Assembly (NCBI GenBank): GCA_951406725.2
Contig: OX597818.1
Span: forward strand, 83,452,001-83,516,000
DNA: 64,000 bases
Source of the DNA: Octopus vulgaris
Taxonomy: Eukaryota
Direction of reading: 5' to 3'
The translations under genes were made by a program, and so were the position numbers. The first letter of the stretch is position 1; the number at the start of each line of letters is the position of its first letter. The notes below the pieces were generated by a model. It was not told the DNA's origin and did not search any database. It was given only the letters and a program-made list of their open reading frames with translations. Shown here one piece after another: positions 29,208-42,597 of this stretch.

Positions 29208-30030
29208 ATAGAGGATGCGATGTATAAATTGTCGTCGAAATTACGCAAACATGAAAGTAACACTGTCATCTCATTTTAACAGATATATTTACCAAAATTA
29301 CATAAAAATATATTCCGTTTTACTCTAGGCACAAGGTTCGAATTTTTTTTGTTTTGTTTTTTGAGAAGGGGTCCAGTCAATTAGAACGACTCCAATACGC
29401 AACTGGTACTTAATTTGTCGACCCCTAAAGGATGAAAATTATATTCGACCTCGGCGGAATTTGAACCCAGAACGTAAAAATACCGCTAAGTATATCGCCC
29501 GACGTGCTAACGCTTCTGCCAGCTCGCCGCCTTGCATAAAAATATATTGAAATATTAAAAATTGAGTTTTCCAATAACATACCCAATGTCGTCATGCACT
29601 GCCAGCCTGAAACTTAGACACTCCCATGTCCTTGGCGACGGACTGAATGACTTAGACGGATGGTTGTCAATCATGACCAAAATCTCAGTAACAAATTAGG
29701 ATGATCACAGTAAGTTTCCGAGCTCCGTCCCTTCGTAAACACCTTTAGACTCATCCAGCACTTTCGGAATCTTCTGCGTTGTCCTCAGAGTGACACTCAA
29801 ACACTTTAAAATGTTTGTGTTGTAGCTTCCGGCGCGGATGCCAAGCAGTACAGCATATCATTTGTAAATATCTGTCAGAGTGAATTGCGTGATGGTGCTG
29901 TTTTTTCTCACAGACTGTACCCAACAGACCCTACTATACTGTGTAGTCCATGAAATCCAAAAATGAAAAACACGCATGCGCGAAATGAAACGTGGAGAAC
30001 GGTGACATGTAGCCATCGCAACAGGTATAT
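29208..30030 (-). mobile_element. Tc1/mariner (maT-like) deletion derivative, copy 2, with nested SINE
   Basis: ATTACGCAAA...CATCTCATTTTAA and AAGCAGTACAGCAT...CTACTATACTGTGTAGTC shared with 5499-6232. Confidence 0.75.
29315..29534 (-). mobile_element. SINE family B monomer with 14-bp TSD
   Basis: CATAAAAATATATT at 29301-29314 and 29535-29548. Confidence 0.92.
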
Positions 30031-30277
30031 ATCAATAAATATATAAATAAATAAATGAACACGCTCAAACACTCACACACACACAGACACTCATGCATAC
30101 ACACATATATATGGAGCTAGGATACATCCCAATGGCTTCCTCTTGAAGCATTTCTACTTATTATATTATTACAATCAAATAAGTGGTCACCTTGCCTGAA
30201 GAATTTCTAATAGGAAATTTTTCACATGTCTATCTAATATTTGAGACTCTGTAATACTCATCAGCAAATAAAACATG

Positions 30278-30280
<3 letters not shown>

Positions 30281-30354
<74 letters not shown>

Positions 30355-30367
30355 GTATATGTATATA

Positions 30368-30409
<42 letters not shown>

Positions 30410-30410
30410 C

Positions 30411-30441
<31 letters not shown>

Positions 30442-30533
30442 CGTATGTATATATATGTATATATATATATCTGTGTGTATATATATATATGTATATATAT
30501 GTATATATATGTACATATATGTATATATGTATG

Positions 30534-30566
<33 letters not shown>

Positions 30567-30647
30567 GTATGTATATATATATATGTATGGATATGTATAT
30601 ATGTATATATATATATATGTATATATATATGTATATATATATATTTA

Positions 30648-30693
<46 letters not shown>

Positions 30694-30698
30694 CATAT
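30281..30698. repeat. About 420-bp degenerate (AT)/(ATGT) tract
   Basis: Direct reading. Confidence 0.95.
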
Positions 30699-30872
30699 GG
30701 AGGCGCAATGGCCCAGTGGTTAGGGCAGCGGACTCGCGGTCGGAGGATCGGGGGTTCGAATCCCAGATCGGCCGTTGTGTGTGTTTATTGAGCGAAAACC
30801 TAAAAAAAGCTCCACGAGGCTCCGGCAGGGGGTGGTGATCCCTGCTGTACTCTTTCACCACTCTTTCTCTCA
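30699..30872 (+). mobile_element. SINE family C, 3'-truncated
   Basis: Match to 18367; B box GGTTCGAATCCC. Confidence 0.88.
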
Positions 30873-30944
30873 TTCTTTATATATATTTGTGTGTGTGTGT
30901 GTGTGTATGCTTTTGTGTGTGTCATACATTTTACCAGATGTGGC

Positions 30945-31340
30945 TCATCCCATTGTGCTGTTGCTGTCCTTAGACGCGAGGAAAAATGGTACATTTTATT
31001 TAAGGTTAGGAATGTAGTGTATTGCCTAAGATGTACTGAGGTTCGATGCAGATACATGACAGCTCTCTACATAGGGGAGACAACACGCTGCATAAGAGAG
31101 TGCATAAGTGGACATTGGCGACAGCTCAAATAAGGAAAATGCACGTCAGTGCTCTACCAGCATGCTCAAGCAGAACATGGAGGGTAGATTAATAGCATAA
31201 AAGTTAAAGTAGTATTGACACATAGAACTCACGCGACATTTAGACAGATTACACTAGGCAAACACATAACAGTAGACAAACCGATCCTCAATAGAAACCA
31301 TAACTGGACAATAGCACTCACCACCACAGCACAGGATGTG
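30945..31340 (+). mobile_element. Penelope-like GIY-YIG endonuclease remnant
   Basis: NVVYCLRC...YIGETTRCIRECISGH in ORF 30891-31133. Confidence 0.75.
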
Positions 31341-31593
31341 AAGTGAGAGGGCAAGGAAAGGAAAAGAGCCGTAAATAATGTACAGAAACATGGAAGGTAA
31401 TACACATACAATAATCATATGTGCAATTACCAGTGATACTTATGGGAAATAGAGATCGATGTATAAAAAATTAAATAAATGAATATATAAATACATATGT
31501 AAATAAATATATAGATCTATCTGCTACATACCTGTGATAAATGTACGAGAGATATAGATAACATGAATAAATGAAACTATATAAAGGGCATGG

Positions 31594-31647
<54 letters not shown>

Positions 31648-32139
31648 ATGTTTGCGTGCGTGCGTGCGTGTATGCAACTTACACAAATGGAAGATACGAA
31701 AGTCTAATTTTTTGCTTTACTAAAATCATCTCCACGTCCGGAGGATGTGTCACAAATACCAAATGGCAATTAAGACTGGGACATATGAATGGGGACGATA
31801 ATATCATAGCCGGAGGTGCTTTGACTTATAGGCACTCTCGGACCAGACAACAGTTATATATATTGCAAATATTCAATATGAACTTCGGTAAGCAGAGCAT
31901 GGATAGACTTTAGTCATTTGTTGTTCCGAGTAGAGATGATTGGCTGAAGATTTCAATGAGCGATATAGAAGCTTCAAATATAATATGTAGGAGAGGAGTG
32001 CGAATAGTGATTTGATTTTAGTTAACTGTTTAGCAGTACTGAAACGTGTAAACCAATATATGGTCATCTAATCTTTTAGTGTCTAGGATTACTTTATTCA
32101 ATGTATGATTCATTTCTAATTTATATATATATATACATA

Positions 32140-32341
32140 TATAGTTAATCCAAACAAGAAAGCACAAAAACACACAACAACGCGAGGACGTGGAACAAAT
32201 ATAGTATTATTGGACGCTCAGGAAAGAAGGACAGAAGGAGGGTTTAACGTTTCGAGCGGAGCCCTTCGTCGGAAACATAGGAGAAGGAAAGATCCAGAGA
32301 AGGGAAGACAGAGGAAAAAAAATTGCCAACGGTACAGACGA

Positions 32342-32342
<1 letters not shown>
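32140..32342 (-). mobile_element. PLE-type tail repeat with a hammerhead motif
   Basis: Reverse complement of 42594-42731; TA-flanked. Confidence 0.7.
32242..32276 (-). ncRNA. Minimal type I hammerhead-like motif (CCGACGA core variant)
   Basis: GUUU-CCGACGA-A-GGGC-UCC-GCUC-GAAACGUU-AAAC; stems I and II pair, stem III is the palindrome ACGU. Confidence 0.6.
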
Positions 32343-32374
<32 letters not shown>

Positions 32375-32408
32375 CTCCATATGTATATATATATATATAA
32401 TCTACCCT

Positions 32409-32455
<47 letters not shown>

Positions 32456-32470
32456 CCAGCGTATGTGTAT

Positions 32471-33287
32471 ATACTTACATCTATACGTGTATATATGTAT
32501 GAATATGTGGCCACAGGACGTCGCGAAACGTGTACAGCAAAAGATATGAAGTAGATGGAATATGCCATATTTTTTCGAACAACAAAAAACACAAATGGAA
32601 AACAAGACAAACAACATAAAGAGCACTTCAGAAAGAGAAACACAAAAGAAAGAAAGATGGCCGATGACCACGTTGAATTCACGTGAGCAAGGGAGGAAGA
32701 GTGAGGGAGAGAGAGAGTGACAGACAGAGAACTGCGAAGAGGAGAGTAAAAAATTGGAGATAGGATAAGTGAGAAAAGCAGGAGGGGGAGAAGTGGAGGT
32801 AGAAGAATAAGTGAAGGAAGACAGTAAAACGAAAGATTAATCAGATACAATATTGGGAGCTCCCCGTGACCATCGGCCATCTTTGTTCTCCTCACTCGTG
32901 TTTCTTTCTCTCTGTTCTAGCTGGATCGAGGAAGACGTATTCTTATCTATCTCCTATCCAAGCTTGATTTACGCGTGCGCCACCACAACCTTGTTTAGGC
33001 TTAGCAGCCCTTCCTGTTTTATTTCACCCTCCTTATTTTGTTACCAATTTTCACATTCCGCAAGATTCCAAATTTTCATTGTGAAAGACGAGGGTAGAAA
33101 AACATCCAACTACTGATGAAGGATCGCTACTTATGTTGTTTGTCTTGTTTGCCATTTCTGTTTTTCGCTGTTCGAAAAATAGGTCATATTCCATGTACTC
33201 GTACTTCATATTTTTATTGTACACGTCCTGTGCACACATATGCAAATATAAATATATATGAATGTATGTATGTATAGATGTAAGTAT
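32471..33287. mobile_element. Fold-back element with long imperfect inverted arms
   Basis: 32471-32630 mirrors 33116-33287; inner pair 32654-32672 / 32865-32883. Confidence 0.75.
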
Positions 33288-33304
33288 GTACGTATACGTT
33301 TGTA

Positions 33305-33362
<58 letters not shown>

Positions 33363-33422
33363 TATATATATATATATATATTATTTATAGTATTATATAA
33401 TTGAACAGCACTTCCAAGTAAG

Positions 33423-33460
<38 letters not shown>

Positions 33461-33566
33461 GTGACGCATATTTGCCATTTCAATATATACCCCTAAGGGT
33501 GGATGCTACTGTAGTTTTTAGCCCCACGAGGACACATATATAACTCACTTTGATATTTATCATTGT

Positions 33567-33611
<45 letters not shown>

Positions 33612-34023
33612 TCACACACACACACATATATATATATCTATATAGGACTACGTCAATGAGAGTATCATGTGTGGTTTACTTCGCTTGTCACAATGCGCTT
33701 CTTTGTAGTGTTTTTGCTGTCGAATGGTGCAACGCACTGGCTAGACTAGTCGGTGAACATCATGACTAAAAGGTACACCTATCCATTTTAAAGTTCCACA
33801 GAATACCGCAAATATGATAAGAAGTATTCTGCTCAAGACACTAGCAAACTCGAAACGAAAACGACAACTTTGCTATCTTGAATTCGACGTTCCCCACGCT
33901 TTGTATATATATATATATGTATGTATATGTGTGTGTGTGTGTGTGTGTGTATGCGAGTATATATATGTATATATGTATATATCTATATCTATATCTATAT
34001 CAATCTATGTATACACACACACA

Positions 34024-34066
<43 letters not shown>

Positions 34067-34394
34067 CATATATATATATGTATATATAAATATTATATAT
34101 AAAGGCATATACTTATATGGCGGGTTGCAATTGATGAGATACTGTGAATATAACATTTGTTCCGAATCGCTAGGATTAAATCAAGCGATACTCATTTCTA
34201 GCTTCCTTTGCAATTTACCGGTGAGATATATATACTTCAAGATAACAAGATGCCTTTGAAATTGCCTTTTTATCTTTCTTGCCGTAGAAATAGCATTAAC
34301 ACATCAAGTGAGCAGAAGACACATATAAACTAGGAACCTTGAAGACTGCTGGTAGAAGCCGTAGGCCAAGATTGCATTTGCTAATATGGCTTAA

Positions 34395-34986
34395 AATTTT
34401 GGCACAAGGCCCGCTGTTTCGGGGGACGGATTAAATTGATTACATCGATCCTTGTCCTCAAGTTGTAATTAAGTTACCCCCACCGGAAGGATAAAAGGCA
34501 AGATCTACCTCGGCGGAATTTGAAGCCAGAATGTATGAACCGACAAAATGCCGATAAGTATTTCGCCTGACGTGCTAAGAATTCTGTAAGCTCACCGCCT
34601 TATTTCCTTTCTGAATATCCTTTTTACTAGAGGCACAGTTCTCCGCTGATAATTATTTTATCGACAACGACAGAATGAAAAGTGCAGTCGACTCCGGCTG
34701 AATTTGAACTCAGAACGCAAAACGGATGAAATAATTATTTCTTTACTGCCCACAAGGGGCTACACACAGAGGAGACACACAAGGACAGACGAACGGATTA
34801 AGTCGATTATATCGACCCTGTGCGTAACTAGTACTTATTTAATCGACCCCGAAAGGATGAAAGGCAAGGTCGACCTCGGCGGAATTTGAACTCAAAACGT
34901 AGCGGCAGACGAAATACGGCTACGCATTTCGGCCAGCGTGCTAACATTTCGCTCGACGTACTAACGATTCTGGAAGCTCGCTGCCT
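34395..34986 (-). mobile_element. Cluster of SINE family B units
   Basis: Monomer at 34395-34601 and composite at 34620-34986. Confidence 0.85.
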
Positions 34987-35757
34987 TATTGGTGCGCTAT
35001 TTTATGAAAATTATCCGACGTTTTCGAAAATGTTCATCTTCAGCGAGTATATATGACTTTACTATGTATATGTCTATATCTATATCAATATTTCATGAAA
35101 TGCAAATCACGTATAATGAAACTACCATACATTCCCCACCCACATATATATATGTGCGTTCGCGCGCGTGTACGTATATATGTTTGCTCCATTTTAAATA
35201 TTCCATATATAAAGGTATATACTTATATGGCGGGTTGCAATTTCTAACTTGAATATAACATTTGTTCCTCTTTGATAACCATTCGCTATCACTGCATAAC
35301 TGCATGGTTTTAACCTTATACCCCCTACTCTCACACCGAATCACTATGACATTCAACAGTGTCATCTCAAAATCATCTACCAGATATTTCTTGTGAATAA
35401 CCAATAAGATAAATATTCCTAAGGGATAACAATACACTTGGCTGCCTTTGTAGGTCAGTAACACAGTCACTGAAGAATGTTATTTTACGAAACGCCAGAC
35501 ATTTCTCTCCAGGAAAGTATACTAACTTATATAACATTCTACCTTCAATAACTATATTATGCAAATTATGTTTTCATTTCGTACATTTATAAATAAGAAT
35601 ATTCCACCACTATTCCGTATATAGATTTGCTTGTATTCAAGTGTAACGTGCTGTTTGGCATGGTGTACGATTGTCTGTTGATATATAAGCATGTATGTTA
35701 TGTACTTATGTCAATACAGAAGATAACGAAAAAAAGAAAAGCATAATATATGTTATT

Positions 35758-35931
35758 CTTTTCTACTCTAGGTACAAGGCCGGAAAATTTGGGAGAGGGG
35801 GCTAGTCGATTATATCAACCCCAGTACGCAACTGGTACCTCGACTGAATTTGAGCTCAGAATGTAAAGACAGACGAAATATTACTAGGCATTTCGCCAGG
35901 AGTGCTAACATTTCTGCCAGATCGCAGCCTT
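35758..35931 (-). mobile_element. SINE family B, internally deleted
   Basis: TTTTCTACTCTAGG tail and TCTGCCAGATCGCAGCCT head. Confidence 0.85.
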
Positions 35932-36215
35932 AAATACAATATATTATTCAATAACACATGTTTTATTTACCTCAATATAATTCTGGGTGCACCACAAACA
36001 ACCACTGGTACAAAATAATGGGCAGAAACTGTGCAGATGCATAAGGCACGTACATACATATATTCACACACACACACACTCACACAAACTCGCCCATAGG
36101 AATTCATAAACACTGGCACACGCATATATAGGCTAACAAAAGGCCTAGCATCAATGTTGCTCATATCTGTGTATGTACATATGTATGTATATATGCATAC
36201 AGTTTCACATACGCT

Positions 36216-36283
<68 letters not shown>

Positions 36284-36314
36284 ATATATATATATATGTA
36301 TATATATGTCATAT

Positions 36315-36360
<46 letters not shown>

Positions 36361-36559
36361 CGTATTTGTGTATATATATATAGATATAAACATATATGTA
36401 TGTGCATATATATGTGAATGTGTGTGTGTGTGTAAGTGTGTCTGAGTGCTTGTGTATGTGTGTATGTGTGTGTGTGTGTCTGTAGACATTTATATTTAGG
36501 GAAGCAGAGAAGCTTGTGTCCAACTTTGAAGACCATCTTCGATATGAAGTAGTGTTGGT

Positions 36560-38780
36560 ACGTTCCTGCTGCCTGATCGTAGACAGAACCAACTTTTTTG
36601 TAGGATAGTAAAGGTAGGCCTAATGTCTGTCAGTTATATTTATACTTTAACATTCAGGAAGTTTGATTAATGTCTGTTCTGTGTTTTGCTATATGTTTTG
36701 TTCTCTGTTATGAGCATGAGTTACCATCATCATTAATGTCTTTTGTTGTGAGGAAATCTGTATATGATAGATGTATTTTGTTTTAATGTTTTCCTATCAA
36801 GTTTTCTTTTATGTTGTGTGATGTAGTGCATTGCAAAGTGAACTGGCAGTAGAAAGTCGAAAATGTACGGTCAATATAACAGGTGGAGTCATGACGTTTA
36901 CAAATTTTACGTTTGCATTCAAATTTGTAACTCCTGTCGGCCATTAATAACTTATTCGTGGGCTTGTAGGTTTGTGGTTTGTTATTGATGAGCAAGGTTT
37001 GAAATTTAGTGTCTTTGTAATATATCATTATGTTTACTGATCGTTTGGTGCAGTGATTTTTGCGTTGTGTTTTATAACCTTTTTGATAACGTGCTTCTAT
37101 ATTCTATAGATAGTATGATTTTGATTCCTGTGTGATTATTTCTAATTGGTGTCGTTTCTGCTGCATTTATTGCTTTATATTTCTAGCTAAATTGTTCTAT
37201 GTCTTGGTCTACTAATTTAGTAGAATAGTTATTCATTAATATTTGTTTTATTCTGCAGACATATTTATCTATACATCGACCGTAGGGGAATATCTAAATG
37301 TTCTTCTAACTAGAGATTTGTCGACAGATATTTTGTATCTCTGTGGAGATTCGGTGTCCTCACAAAAGTATAGACATTTTGCTTATACTTCTGGTGTAGA
37401 ATCTTGTGATAAATGTGCTATTTTGTATTTAACTCTTTATATCAAGAAATTAAGTCATTTTATTTTATTGCTAGATCTTATATTCGTAACAGCATGTCTG
37501 TTGGAATGTAACTTTGTAGCAACTTTTGGTGAGTGTGAGTGTAATATTGATTATATCATCCGCATCCATGCCTTGATACCACATTGATGTCTCATGTAAT
37601 CTCGCAGAACTCCTCAAAGGGGAAGATAAGAGGGGATATATCATAATAGCATCTTGATAATTTTATAATTGTCCTTGTGGGTAAATCCTGTTGCATGATA
37701 CGACTGTGCACAGCAAAAGTATATTTGTCTTGTACAGGATCGTAATGATATCTTCAATATTTTAGCTATATATTAGTTATGTATATTATTATATTATTGG
37801 TTATTCGTAAAGTAGGAAAGGCAGAGATTTTGCAGAATAGTTAGCGCGCTGGAGAAAATTCATACAGCATTCCATTACTTTCTACGTTCTGAGTTCATAT
37901 ATCGCCGAGGCTGGTTTGCATTTTTTTTCTGTCAGAGTCCATGAAGTAAATACCAGTTGAGCACTGGGGTCCATGCAATCGACTTACCACTCTATATTTA
38001 TGGCCTTGAACCTCTTGTAGAAAGAATTTGTAAGATGTGAACTGGCAAAAGTTTCGCTTAGTGGCGTTTTATCCTACTCTCTACGTTGTGAGTTCAAAAC
38101 CTTCCTGGGTCGATGTAATTGACTTTTCTCTTCCCTACAGAATTGTTGGCCTTGTGCCAAAAGTAAGAACAGTTTTTAGATATTTCTAGACATTAGTTGA
38201 TATAGTTTCTATTGTTTCAACCATTTCAACATTGCAACGAAATATTACTCCTATGTCCATTGATGTGTTTAATTTATTAAAATTTATTTATGTATTTCGT
38301 ACTGCTATCTTTTTCGATTGTTCGAAGTGTAATGATAATATAAAATTTCCGCATTTAATCATACATTCCTCTGCATTTTTATTAAATTTTGCAATTCCTT
38401 TTCTGCCGCAGGGGTTGGGAATAAGAAACATGGCAAGATAGTGATCCATATAAGGGTCTAATTCTCCCCATTCACAGATATTCCCCTTTTGACCAAATTA
38501 CTTCTCAATTTGGCTCCAAGGCACTTTGTAGAATTCAGAGCTAATACCAAGCGAAGTCAATCATCTAGTTTTATTCTCTCTATGTCTGAATCTTTATAAA
38601 TTTCTCTTTTGTCCTCTAGTAAAATTGTAACTGTTGCAATACATTTCTCTCTATTCGTAATCACAAACATATCGCACTTTCCATTGTTAAATATTACAAT
38701 GTTATTTTTCAAATCATGCAAAGCATCTTTGAGTTTCATGTTAAGTATTTATTTCTTGTGTTGGTAAAATTTTCTTAATC
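36560..38780 (-). mobile_element. Highly decayed Penelope-like ORF, interrupted by SINEs
   Basis: In PLE order on the minus strand: LKNNIVIFNNGK..FVITNREK (38739-38557), RT-like QGQL..Q...PL and ADDII (about 37690-37550), YKFEC..C...CYIDRT GIY-YIG-like (36783-37028). Confidence 0.5.
37818..38165 (+). mobile_element. Two degraded SINE family B copies
   Basis: TTCTGAGTTCA...CGCCGAGG...TACCAGTTGAGCACTGGGGTC; GGCCTTGTGCC tail. Confidence 0.7.
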
Positions 38781-39874
38781 ATTTGCTATTGAATAAATTG
38801 TAGGATGTTGATTGTCTATCTGTATAAAAATTTTATCGCTGAAATGTTCTAGAATTTGGTAGATTGTGTGAAGATTGGTTTCCTTTTAATTTTGATAATA
38901 TCCTGTTTGTAAGAAGACACGAATACTAATATTTCAGATTGTTAGTGATCTCCGATATGTTCTGTCAGATTAAAAAAATGTCACATTCCTGTAAAATATA
39001 TTTACTTAGTTGCTTTCATGCTTTATTTATATTATTATATGTAATTAGTCAAGGAAATGATGTTTGTATAGTATAATTAGTTGTGTAGATATTATTTCAC
39101 AAATATTCTCTAATTAGTAATTTGTCGATATCGTTAACAGATCATATATTTTTCCATATTTTGGGCTGATATTTGTATTTGGTATTCGATCGGTTTCTCC
39201 TGGGATTCTGTCCAACATTTTTCGATAATTTTATTTATATTATTTATTAATATTTTCTGTGGTTTACTTATCTGGTTTTCTATTTTTACATACGTGCAAT
39301 AGCAAATATTTTAAGGATTAGCTGTTGTAGTTTACAAGTTTTAGATATGTTCCGTTATTGATATTTAAAAATCAATTGCAACCTGTATATTATATTAAAG
39401 CAGATATATTATTGAAAGTCAGAAAACTGCAGTATTGGTCACGAGAAAGCTTTCCTTAGAGACAGTGTTAGAAAACATAGACATATATGAATAGCAGACA
39501 AAAAAAACTTGCAGTAAGCTTAGTGCCATTGCTAATACATATTTCTGCTTCTTTGTGAGTCTTCAGGAGCCAGTATCTACGATAAGCTATATGTTGAAAC
39601 AAATTTGGCACCTTTTGATATAGAAAATAATGATAGAGAAATAATGATATAGAAAATAATGAAGAGAAATTGCTTATTAGCGACGAACGCAGTATTAATT
39701 CAAAATTGCAATCTCAATTTCATATATAAAACAGCCGTAATATTGAGGGCATTCTAAACTGTGGTATCAGTCCATTTCTTCGATTAATTCCAATATCAGA
39801 AATTTTCAATTACTGCTTTTCTACATCGCGATTATTAGCGGAAATTTGCTACTGATGATACTCAATGAAGTAAG

Positions 39875-40115
39875 GGTAAAGACCCCCTTCGGTCATGAAT
39901 GACCATGGGATTGCACCTAGAAAGTTACCCTCCTAGACACAAGTCCGGGTAAGGTTGTTTATGGAAGACCAGCAGTCGCCCATGCATACCCGCCTCCCCT
40001 CTCCACGCCACCAGTGTTATCCAAGGGAAAGACAAAGGTCGATACAGCTTGACACCAGTGACGTCGCAACTCAATTCTACAGCTGAGTGAACTGGAGCAA
40101 CGTGAAATAAAGTGC
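39875..40115 (-). mobile_element. SINE family D body, head missing
   Basis: Reverse complement of 27030-27250; contains a TGCTCCAGTTCACTCAGCTGTA core. Confidence 0.8.
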
Positions 40116-41198
40116 CAGTAGAAATACACATTTAACAATACCTCTACCACAGATGAACTCTTTCCGTCTGCTACTGATGAATTTCTATATATTTTACATT
40201 AAACATATAAAAGAGAAGTTTTCTCGAGACGACCACAATTTTATGGCTTTATAAAGAATATCTACTTTAAGTATACTATTCAGGTTGCTGTTTTGTATTA
40301 AAACTGGATCTGTAACCAATAACGAAATTTTAAGTTCCTTTTCTTCCCTTTTTCATATTTTCATTACAATTTCTTACAATGTAAGTAATCTTCAGGGTTT
40401 TTAAAAATTCACTGTCTCTTCTGGATAAGATGCTGTTGACGTATATTGTTAATTCTGTATACTAATCATGGCAAAGCCGAGTAGTACTAACATCACATTC
40501 AGATTGCGCATTTTTGACCATTAGATATATACATCTATAGTGAGTCTGCATATAACCTCCCAGTCTCTTAATGTTGGAAGTAGAACCCACAAAACAACAA
40601 TACGATGGTAATCATGTATACATACACACGCAGACGCATATATTTATATATAATATGTCTTCCCGTGTTTATGTTTACACCAGGGAGTTTATCTTGTCCG
40701 CCGTTGCCTCCTACAAACTAGTGGATGCCTTACTCCCCAACATAAATTATTAAGGTGTCTATATGATCGACCAAACCAACGAGGATCCTTTCTCTAGTTT
40801 GGCTGCATTCCAATGACTGAAACATGGTAGCTGTTGGGGCGAGCAAACACCGTAACAAGACTGGATAATATGTTACTTGTTGAATCTGAGAGAGCGATAA
40901 TGAATGTAGAATTCGATGAAATTTGAACTTGTCATGCAGAACCGTGGAGCAAATATTGCGAAGGATTTTATCTTCGTGTATCTGTGCGTGAATATGTATG
41001 TATATCTGTGTGTATATACCAATCTATTTCAATATATGCATATATATATGTGTGTGTGTATATATATATATATGTATATGTATATATATATATGTATATA
41101 TGTATAAATATGTATGTATATGTACATATATATGTATATATAAGTATGTGTATGTATGTATGTGCGTATGCGTGTATATATATATATATACATATATA

Positions 41199-41241
<43 letters not shown>

Positions 41242-41243
<2 letters not shown>

Positions 41244-42057
41244 ACAAGAGTTACGGAATGGAGTAGGAAACATCCGGGCAAAATGTTTCATAGTGAGCAA
41301 AACTTCAGAAGTGGTAACATCCAAGTAAGGTGTACACCGCCGGGTATGCTTCAGGTGAAGGATATATTGATTAGAGTAAAGGTTACATTGTCACCAGGAC
41401 GTACATGTAGACTCAAGGCAGATTCAATTAGAATGTGTAGAGAACACAGTATAAGAGGAGTATATAGATGTAGGGAGAAATAAGTATTAGAAGGTAGGAG
41501 GAAAGAAGGAAATATAAGAAGTAAATATAAAAGAAAGGAGAAAGATATAAGAAGAAACTATAAATATTAAAAAAAAAAAGCGAGAGGAAGGAGGAATTTA
41601 AACAAGGTTATTTGACTGCAATATCCAAAATTCTGGTAAACAGATAATCGAACAAACTAGAAAAGGAGTAAGAAGCTTTTTTAAAAAACGTCGGCCTCGG
41701 CATCTCTTTCTGTAACAATATCAAAACGGCTAATTTCTTAGTCGTAACCCACCAAAGCAACACCAGCATACACCCCCAAAACCCTATCTCCGCTCAGTAC
41801 TTTCTCACGCCTTCTTCTCTCTTCCCTGCTTCTAATAATTATTTCTCCCTATATGTATATAGTCCTCACATTCTATGTTCTCTACACGTTCTGATTGAAT
41901 CTTCCTTGCCTCAAAATATAGCTTCTTGCGACAATGACTTTTAATCTAATCAACAGATCCTCCCTTGGATATTAACATTTCTGAGGTTCCATTTGCTACA
42001 AAACATATGTAACCAGGGTGTTTCTTACTCCATTCCACAATTCGTCTAATCTTGTTC
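41242..42057. mobile_element. Fold-back element with about 250-bp imperfect inverted arms
   Basis: GGAATGGAGTAGGAAACA vs TGTTTCTTACTCCATTCC; TAGGGAGAAATAAGTATTAGAAG vs CTTCTAATAATTATTTCTCCCTA. Confidence 0.75.
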
Positions 42058-42287
42058 GTACACCAGGCAACTCTGGTCGCCTACGGTGGAATATAGCGGA
42101 AACCTTTCTCATTTTCTTGTTCTTCGATACGAAAAAAAAAACAAAAAAAGATCCACAACCTTCCATCTTAATAAAACAGTATTGTCCCAGAAAGTTGTTT
42201 TTTATATTTGCTACTGATAGCTTGTAGCAGCAAACCTTTTTCCTATACTGCGATCCCTGGATCTTACATTTTTATATATATAAAAAT

Positions 42288-42332
42288 GCCTTGTGAGTGG
42301 ATTTGGTAGACGGAAACTGAAAGAAGCCTGTC

Positions 42333-42407
<75 letters not shown>

Positions 42408-42597
42408 GATGTGTGTCTATATTTGTCCTTCCAACATCACTTGACAACAGATGCTGGTGTGTTTACATACCCGTAACTTAGCGGTTCGGCAAAAGATACC
42501 GAGAGAATAAGAACTAAGCTTACAAAAAACAAGTACTGGGGTCGATTTCTTCGACTAAAGTCGGCGCTCCAGCATGGTCACAGTCAAATGACTGAAG
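42288..42597 (+). mobile_element. SINE family A, head missing
   Basis: Reverse complement of the family A body and tail. Confidence 0.88.

Noticed and set aside
30699-30772. Possible genuine tRNA gene (also 18367 and 54273-54345)
   Set aside because: Acceptor stem does not pair properly and the sequence continues into a SINE-type body, so these are SINE heads.
30187-30873. 228-aa Tyr/Ile-rich ORF and the many similar YIYI, CVCV and THTH ORFs
   Set aside because: Translations of (AT)n, (GT)n and (AC)n microsatellites, which lack stops in some frames.
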